Origin: Anaerohalosphaeraceae bacterium
GTDB lineage: Bacteria; Planctomycetota; Phycisphaerae; Sedimentisphaerales; Anaerohalosphaeraceae
DNA length: 64,000 nucleotides
Direction: 5' to 3'
NCBI GenBank assembly: GCA_050309605.1
Contig: JBNRMN010000003.1
Location: 33,665 to 97,664 of the forward strand
In this document: piece by piece, positions 58,467-64,000 of the stretch
How positions within the stretch are numbered: position 1 is the first letter of the stretch
Layout: the number at the start of each line of letters is the position of its first letter
Made by a program: the position numbers and the translations under genes
Notes under the pieces: model-generated
The model's database searches: none
Told to the model about the DNA's origin: nothing
Seen by the model: the letters and a program-made list of their open reading frames with translations, nothing else

Positions 58467-60464
58467 TTACTGTCTATTAGAGTTCTCGTTATGTACGATG
58501 GTTACGTGTTCATAATCATTGCGCAGCGGCTTGAACTCCCGACCGCCGCCAACAAAGAATTTCGGAAAAAACTCCACAAACTGAAGCCGCAAACTATGCA
58601 CAAACGCGCTGAGCAGCGACAGCGCGATATTGACCGTGTGCCCGCCCACAAACATCACCAGCCCCAGCAAAAATCCGATGTACGGCACATCCATCACCAA
58701 CTGGGTCAGAATGTTGACCGCCATCCCCAGCCCGGCCGTGACCATCCCCAGCGCCATAATCCGCACATAACTGAGCATATCGCCCAGATAAAACACCGTG
58801 CTGAACACCGCAAACGTACCGCCGCCGATCCGACCGGCCAGACCGCTGTTTCGCTCGGTAAACCAGAAGATCAGCACCGCCATAACCAACGCTGTATAGC
58901 CGGCAAGCGTGCCGAGTACCGCCGGCAGCACATCGTTTTTCGCCAGGGCAAACAGCAGCAGGCAATTGAGCAAAACCAGCCACGTCAGCTTTTCGAAGAT
59001 CGCCGCAGCGTAATTCTTCTGCAGCAGATAATTGACAAACCCGATCCCCAGCCCGAACAGCACCTGGATATACCCCAGCGCCAGGGCAATCCCGATAAAG
59101 ATCAGCGGCTGCTCCATCGGATCAAACAGCATTATCTTTTCGCGCGCCGCGTTCAGCGCCGCCCCGATACTGCCCTCGCCCTGCGGCAGCAGGGTCTGAA
59201 TCGTATCGGCAAACCAGCCGCCCGTCAACGCCCCGGCGATAATGGTCAGCCCCGAACAGACCAGCAGCATCCAGATCGCTTTTTTGTCGCCCTGCAGTTT
59301 TTTGAGCACCCACGCCAGCAGCGCAATCAGCACTAAACCGTATCCCGCATCCGTCAGACACAAGCCGAAAAACAAGGCGAAAAACGGCGCCAAAAACACC
59401 GTCGGATCCACATCCCGGGTCGAAGGAATGCCGTACAGCCGCGTAATCGTTTCAAACGGACGCACCGCCGGCGGATTATCAATCTCCACCGGACAATCCT
59501 CATCCTCTCCCGGCGGCACAATCGAGACCGAAGAAGCGCCAAACCCGCTGACAATCTGCTCCAGTCGCGGATAGTCTTTGGCCTTGACCCAGCCTTCAAA
59601 AAACAGGGCGTGCTCACTGGCCGGGGCCGCATCCCGCGCCCAGACCCGCGCCACCAGATTCGTGTAATGATCATGCAGGATCTGAAGCGACAAACGCTGT
59701 TTGGCCAGCTCGGCGGCGTCCGTTCGGGTCTGCTGCAATTCGGTTTTACGCTGCGTGAGCCTGGACTCAAGCTGTTCGCTAATCTGCCGGACCGTACCCG
59801 TATAATCGTCAAAATGAATCGCATCAAAATCGGCCTGACGAAGGGCTTTTTGCACCTCTGCGGCCGATTCCTTCAGACACACCACCAGCACCGCGGTCGC
59901 GCGATGAGCCGGCCCGACCGTTTCGACTACAGCCCCCAACTCATCAAGCGTTTCAAAAAGCGACTCGGCGTTCTGTTCGGGAACAAGCCCTGCAAAACAC
60001 ACCGAGCTGTCCAACTGCGTCAATTGCTCAACCGGCAGCGCCAGCGGCAGCCACGGTCGAAGCTTATGGATTTCTGCGCTCAACCCGTCGATCTCCTGGT
60101 GGAGCGCGTCCATTTTTTTCTGTGTTTTTTCCGTCCGCTCCAGAACCGCCATCGCCTCCCGCCCGCGTACAATCTTGGCGTATTCACGGTCGGAAACCTG
60201 CGCCCGCGGTGCAAACAGCCCTCCGGACGACTTGTCGGCAAACGGCTTGAGAAAGGTAATCGCCCGATTGAGCCGATCGGCTTTGTCCTCAAGGTCGCGC
60301 GGCCGCTTGAACTCACTCTGAAGCTCCGGCCATTCCTTGGTGACCATGGCCCGCTCCGCATCCAGCACCTGCACGGTCCCGGCCTGCTGCAACGCTTCCA
60401 ACAAGGCCTCGGACTCGCTGCGGTGGGTGACAATCATCACTTTTTTCATCGGGGCTATTGCCAT
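58467..60464 (-). CDS. ntpI: V/A-type ATP synthase subunit I
   Basis: MKKV, EGWV, YGIP...DPT, DAGYG, SYVRIMALG, HSLRLQFVEFFPKF. Confidence 0.96.
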   Translation of the reverse strand: MAIAPMKKVMIVTHRSESEALLEALQQAGTVQVLDAERAMVTKEWPELQSEFKRPRDLEDKADRLNRAITFLKPFADKSSGGLFAPRAQVSDREYAKIVRGREAMAVLERTEKTQKKMDALHQEIDGLSAEIHKLRPWLPLALPVEQLTQLDSSVCFAGLVPEQNAESLFETLDELGAVVETVGPAHRATAVLVVCLKESAAEVQKALRQADFDAIHFDDYTGTVRQISEQLESRLTQRKTELQQTRTDAAELAKQRLSLQILHDHYTNLVARVWARDAAPASEHALFFEGWVKAKDYPRLEQIVSGFGASSVSIVPPGEDEDCPVEIDNPPAVRPFETITRLYGIPSTRDVDPTVFLAPFFALFFGLCLTDAGYGLVLIALLAWVLKKLQGDKKAIWMLLVCSGLTIIAGALTGGWFADTIQTLLPQGEGSIGAALNAAREKIMLFDPMEQPLIFIGIALALGYIQVLFGLGIGFVNYLLQKNYAAAIFEKLTWLVLLNCLLLFALAKNDVLPAVLGTLAGYTALVMAVLIFWFTERNSGLAGRIGGGTFAVFSTVFYLGDMLSYVRIMALGMVTAGLGMAVNILTQLVMDVPYIGFLLGLVMFVGGHTVNIALSLLSAFVHSLRLQFVEFFPKFFVGGGREFKPLRNDYEHVTIVHNENSNRQ

Positions 60465-60577
60465 AGAGACCTATTCCGAATTCTTTCGCTATCTTTTCTG
60501 TTTATCGCAAAGACTCGTGATACCCGGCGTCAACACGAAACGAACAAGCCAATAAGGACTCAAAATGCCGGCCCAAA

Positions 60578-60886
60578 TCAGACCTGCTCCAGTTTGTCAA
60601 CAATCGCACCAACACACGAATCAAGCTGACTGCGCGCCGCCTGCCGGACAGACTCGATTTCCTGACGCCCCTGCTCCAAAAGCTCATCGACCTGGTCTTT
60701 TGCCTCCTGCTGAGCATCGGCAACGGCGTCTTCGATCGCCTGCTCACGCTGCTTTTGAGCCTGTTGGAGTTGCTCTTCATACTCACGACGGGCTTGCTCA
60801 GCCATTTCAGCCGCCTCTTTTCGGGCCTTTTCTACAATCTCTTTGGCCTGATTTTCCGCGTCTTTGATTTGTTTGATCAGTTCCAT
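60578..60886 (-). CDS. V/A-type ATP synthase peripheral stalk subunit G/H
   Basis: IKQIKDAENQAKEIVEKA charged coiled coil; first gene of the operon. Confidence 0.85.
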   Translation of the reverse strand: MELIKQIKDAENQAKEIVEKARKEAAEMAEQARREYEEQLQQAQKQREQAIEDAVADAQQEAKDQVDELLEQGRQEIESVRQAARSQLDSCVGAIVDKLEQV

Positions 60887-61042
60887 AGTCTGCGTTTTCC
60901 GAAAAAAAGACTCTTTTTACATAAAAAAAGATTTCCAATCTTTTTATTGTTACAAAAAGCACATATTTCAAGCCAACTCATACAAGTCAGAGGGGATTTT
61001 ACTGTTTTATTGTTCAATCTCAAGCATTATCCGTCATTTTTT

Positions 61043-61738
61043 TCATTTTTCCGACGTTTTTTCAACCATCCCTTTCTCTTCCATCGCCTTGAGCACCAGT
61101 GCTGCAATGTCGGCTTTCGAAAAAACCGCATTGTCAAACACAAGATGAAACGCCGGTTCGCGCGGATTTTGCTGGGCGTAAAAGGCCCGCAAATGCGCCC
61201 GTTCTTTTTCGATGCGATCCAGTTGGGCCGCCGCGGCCTGACGACTGATCGACTCCCGTTGACAAAGACGAGCGATGCGCCACTCTTTGGGCGCTTCCAC
61301 ACGCACACTCAACCCGTTGGCCACGTCCGCCGCGGCCGCGGCGCTGCCCTGACCAATAATGATGCTGTAACCGTCAAAGGCCAGGCCGCGAACCATTTTG
61401 GTCACATTATTGAGTATCTCAAGCCGATCCGGAACGCCGTTTTTTTTCAGTCCGCGAAGAAAATCCTTAAACAAACTGGGCCTGGAAGTTCGCTTTTTTT
61501 CCAGCAATTCAACATCCACCCCCGTATCCTCGGCAAGCCGAGCGAGCAATTCCTTATACCACACGCGCCAGCGTCGCTGTTCATCCCGCTCATTGAGCCG
61601 GTCGGCCAGTGCCATGCCCAGCTCATACCCATCACAACCGTACTGCCGGGAAATCGTCAGATAAGGACCGGGGGCTTTCTTTTTCCGTTCGGTATCAAGA
61701 TGCTCCCGAAGATAAGACGATAGGGTCGGTTTTGTCAT
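61043..61738 (-). CDS. Cytidylate kinase-like family protein
   Basis: LTISRQYGCDG, IIIGQGS, VRVEAP..WRI, FHLVFD. Confidence 0.85.
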   Translation of the reverse strand: MTKPTLSSYLREHLDTERKKKAPGPYLTISRQYGCDGYELGMALADRLNERDEQRRWRVWYKELLARLAEDTGVDVELLEKKRTSRPSLFKDFLRGLKKNGVPDRLEILNNVTKMVRGLAFDGYSIIIGQGSAAAAADVANGLSVRVEAPKEWRIARLCQRESISRQAAAAQLDRIEKERAHLRAFYAQQNPREPAFHLVFDNAVFSKADIAALVLKAMEEKGMVEKTSEK

Positions 61739-61880
61739 AAACGCATCCTTACACCAGAATTTCACCAGCCGGTCACCGAAAGGTTCTGATACCTACTGCC
61801 TGATTTCGATAGACCGTAACCGCAATCAGGTTGGTTGTCAACTATTTCTCGGCGATTTTCGCCCAGGCCAGGCCGGCTTC

Positions 61881-62597
61881 TCAGCGTGCCGCCGCCAATG
61901 CCGCTGCCAGCGTGATGGAACCTTCATAAAGGGCACGTCCGATAATTGCCCCGGCCGCACCGATGGATTTGAGATAGGTGATATCTTCTACTGTGGTCAC
62001 GCCGCCGGCGGCCACGACGGGTGTACCCACGGCCTTGACAAGCCGAGCTGTCCGCTCCAGATTCGGCCCGGCCAGCATCCCGTCTTTGCTGATGTCTGTA
62101 TAAACGATCGCCGCTATCGGCACATCCGCTGCCCGTTTGGCAAATTCAAAAAGATCCAGCCCCCCCTCTTCCAGCCAGCCCTCGGTGGCCAGATTCGCCC
62201 CGCGAGCGTCCAGACCCAGCACCAGCCGACGGGGATACCGTTCGGCCATCCGGCAGAACCAGTCGAATTGTTTGACCGCGCTGCTGCCCAGAATCAGCCG
62301 CCTTACCCCCGCCTCAAGCATCGCGGCAATCGCCGCTTCGTTGCGAATCCCGCCGCCCAGCTCAATGTTCAATTCCGGATATTGCCGCGCGATGGCCGCG
62401 ACCGCCGGTGTATTGACCGGACGACCCGATTTGGCCCCGTCCAGATCGACCACATGCAGCCATGTCGCCCCGGCGGACACGAATTCGCCGGCCTGCGCTG
62501 CTGGATCGTCCCGGTAGGTAATCTGCTTGTCATATTGACCCTGCAAAAGCCGCACACACTTTCCATCAATCAAATCGATCGCCGGCAATATATCCAT
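61881..62597 (-). CDS. hisA: ProFAR isomerase HisA
   Basis: ILPAIDLIDGKCVRL, HVVDLDGA, GGGIR, TDISKDG, AAGGV, GRALY. Confidence 0.97.
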   Translation of the reverse strand: MDILPAIDLIDGKCVRLLQGQYDKQITYRDDPAAQAGEFVSAGATWLHVVDLDGAKSGRPVNTPAVAAIARQYPELNIELGGGIRNEAAIAAMLEAGVRRLILGSSAVKQFDWFCRMAERYPRRLVLGLDARGANLATEGWLEEGGLDLFEFAKRAADVPIAAIVYTDISKDGMLAGPNLERTARLVKAVGTPVVAAGGVTTVEDITYLKSIGAAGAIIGRALYEGSITLAAALAAAR

Positions 62598-62603
62598 AGT
62601 CAA

Positions 62604-62645
62604 TAATTCTTAATTCTTAATTCTTAATTTTCAATTCATAATTCA
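62604..62645. repeat. Heptamer tandem array between the ACT gene and hisA
   Basis: TAATTCT TAATTCT TAATTCT TAATTTT CAATTCA TAATTCA. Confidence 0.88.
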
Positions 62646-63070
62646 TAGAGTTCTTCGTTGGTCAGGATGCGGAAGTCAAACCGACCGATCAGTTCGGCGA
62701 TGTCCACCTCATCGGGATTTTCAAACTCCATAAAACACAATCCCTGCCGGTCATTGGGCGAGACAAAACCGTACATATCCTTGATGTTGACGTTCTTTTT
62801 CAGCAGGGCCGACGTCAGCCGGTCCAGATTGCCGGGCTTGTCCGGCGCGGTAATCGCCAGCACCTCTTTGAGCGCACAGGCAAACCCACGGTCCGACAGC
62901 GCCAATTGCGCCTTGTCCGGCTTATCGACGATCAGCTTCATCAACCCGAACTCGCCGCGATCCTGAATCGTAAACGCCCAGATATTCAATCCCTGCTCTT
63001 CAAGAATCGCACACACCGAATTGACCCGACCGGGCCGATTTTCCATAAATATCGTCAACTGCTTGGCCAT
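62636..63070 (-). CDS. Tandem ACT-domain protein
   Basis: QLTIFMENRPG, FGLMKLIV, DKPGNL, NIKDMY; SD AAGGAG before ATG 63070. Confidence 0.9.
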   Translation of the reverse strand: MAKQLTIFMENRPGRVNSVCAILEEQGLNIWAFTIQDRGEFGLMKLIVDKPDKAQLALSDRGFACALKEVLAITAPDKPGNLDRLTSALLKKNVNIKDMYGFVSPNDRQGLCFMEFENPDEVDIAELIGRFDFRILTNEELYEL

Positions 63071-63089
63071 AATAGACTCCTTGTCCGTT

Positions 63090-63755
63090 TTAATCCGGAT
63101 GATTTTCCCAGAAGCTGCGTACTTTTTCAAACCGTTTAACCCGTTTTCCGATTTTTCCGATTTCACCGGGATAAAATCGGTCCAGAAGGATATCACACAA
63201 CATCAACATCCACTGCTTGCGTGTAGCTTTGGGGTCAATGCATAAGCGATTCGAATTGGCTATCTGAATTTGTCCCCACCCCAATGCTCCAATGGTTAAG
63301 CAAGACCAGCTAAGATATTCAATCGGCACAAAATGAACACGCGACACGTTCACCGTGTAGTTTTGGATATCGTAAACCACCATAAGTACAACAAAGTAGT
63401 TGCTGTCATCTTCGTAAAATGTTGAAAGCCGCTCCACCGACGTCAAATTCGGCATGTTAAAGTCCGTACTCGTCCGATGCGTCTTAACATCCACACGATA
63501 GTAGCAGCCCTTTTTGTCTTCAAATGCCAAATCCGCCATTGCCCGACGAGCAAATATCGATGAATAGTTCTTTATGATATTCTTACCGACAATCTCTTCA
63601 AAGTAATCGGCAAGTATATCCTGAACCGCATCACCTACGGCACGTGTGCTTTTTGAGGTCGGTCCGGACAAAAAATCCTGCTGTTGATTCAGGAACAACG
63701 CAATGTCTTTTTCTACTCGTTTGTATTTGTTTGTAGTAAACAGTTGACTTTTCAT
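63090..63755 (-). CDS. Putative type II restriction endonuclease-like PD-(D/E)XK nuclease
   Basis: AD-x12-DVK catalytic-like motif (MADLAF...VDVKT), NMPNL; visibly lower GC than its neighbours. Confidence 0.55.
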   Translation of the reverse strand: MKSQLFTTNKYKRVEKDIALFLNQQQDFLSGPTSKSTRAVGDAVQDILADYFEEIVGKNIIKNYSSIFARRAMADLAFEDKKGCYYRVDVKTHRTSTDFNMPNLTSVERLSTFYEDDSNYFVVLMVVYDIQNYTVNVSRVHFVPIEYLSWSCLTIGALGWGQIQIANSNRLCIDPKATRKQWMLMLCDILLDRFYPGEIGKIGKRVKRFEKVRSFWENHPD

Positions 63756-63778
63756 ATAACGCCAATTCCTTCAATTAA

Positions 63779-64000
63779 CTCAAGTTGACTGACTTTTCTG
63801 ATCGGGATTTTGGATGAAAATGGTGATTATTTCAACAAAAAACGGCAATCTGTCCGATAAAAGGGTTGGAAACAGCACTTTTATACAGGAGACTGCCGTT
63901 ATGTTTAAGATCGTCCGTTTCCCGAAAAAACTCGAATCTTTCTTCCAACCGCTTGAAAATCAGTTCCACTGGGACCATTTTGAATACTTTCGCACGCTGG
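63779..64000 (+). mobile_element. Probable left end and transposase 5' end of an IS (IS701/IS4-like), truncated by the window
   Basis: ORF from ATG 63901, MFKIVRFPKKLESFFQPLENQFHWDHFEYFRTL; its SD CAGGAG overlaps the right arm of an inverted repeat (AACGGCAATCT 63841-63851 / AGACTGCCGTT 63890-63900); element boundary is a guess. Confidence 0.5.

Overview
Bacterial chromosomal segment of moderately high GC. It probably comes from an anaerobic Planctomycetota (Phycisphaerae/Sedimentisphaerales-like) organism. That assignment is an inference from the zinc-ribbon SpoVG, DUF1570/DUF1573 proteins, Ala(-1) prepilin motifs and a Tat-exported Gfo/Idh/MocA protein. Most of the window is housekeeping and carbohydrate genes (purB, deoC, pabB, ispE, kdgK-like, pdxJ, dapA, hisA, GH43, aldo/keto reductase). 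It also holds an NfeD-flotillin pair, a type II secretion operon (gspC-D-E-F-G-H-I-J-K-L-M, no gspO seen), a three-glycosyltransferase operon and a nine-gene V/A-type ATPase operon with a Na+-type rotor subunit. At the right edge are a low-GC restriction-endonuclease-like gene and the probable start of an IS. Most notable: (1) a four-helix-bundle (23S_rRNA_IVP/Avd-like) gene sits between gspE and gspF inside a 28-bp inverted repeat built from heptamers, and heptamer arrays of the same polarity (single-arm or paired without an ORF) occur at many other intra-operon junctions; (2) a MetF-MetV-AcsE-like triple fusion carries an internal Shine-Dalgarno/ATG at the last domain junction; (3) there are several REP-like composite elements. 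No rRNA, tRNA or CRISPR array was recognised. All family calls come from motif recognition by eye, not from database searches.
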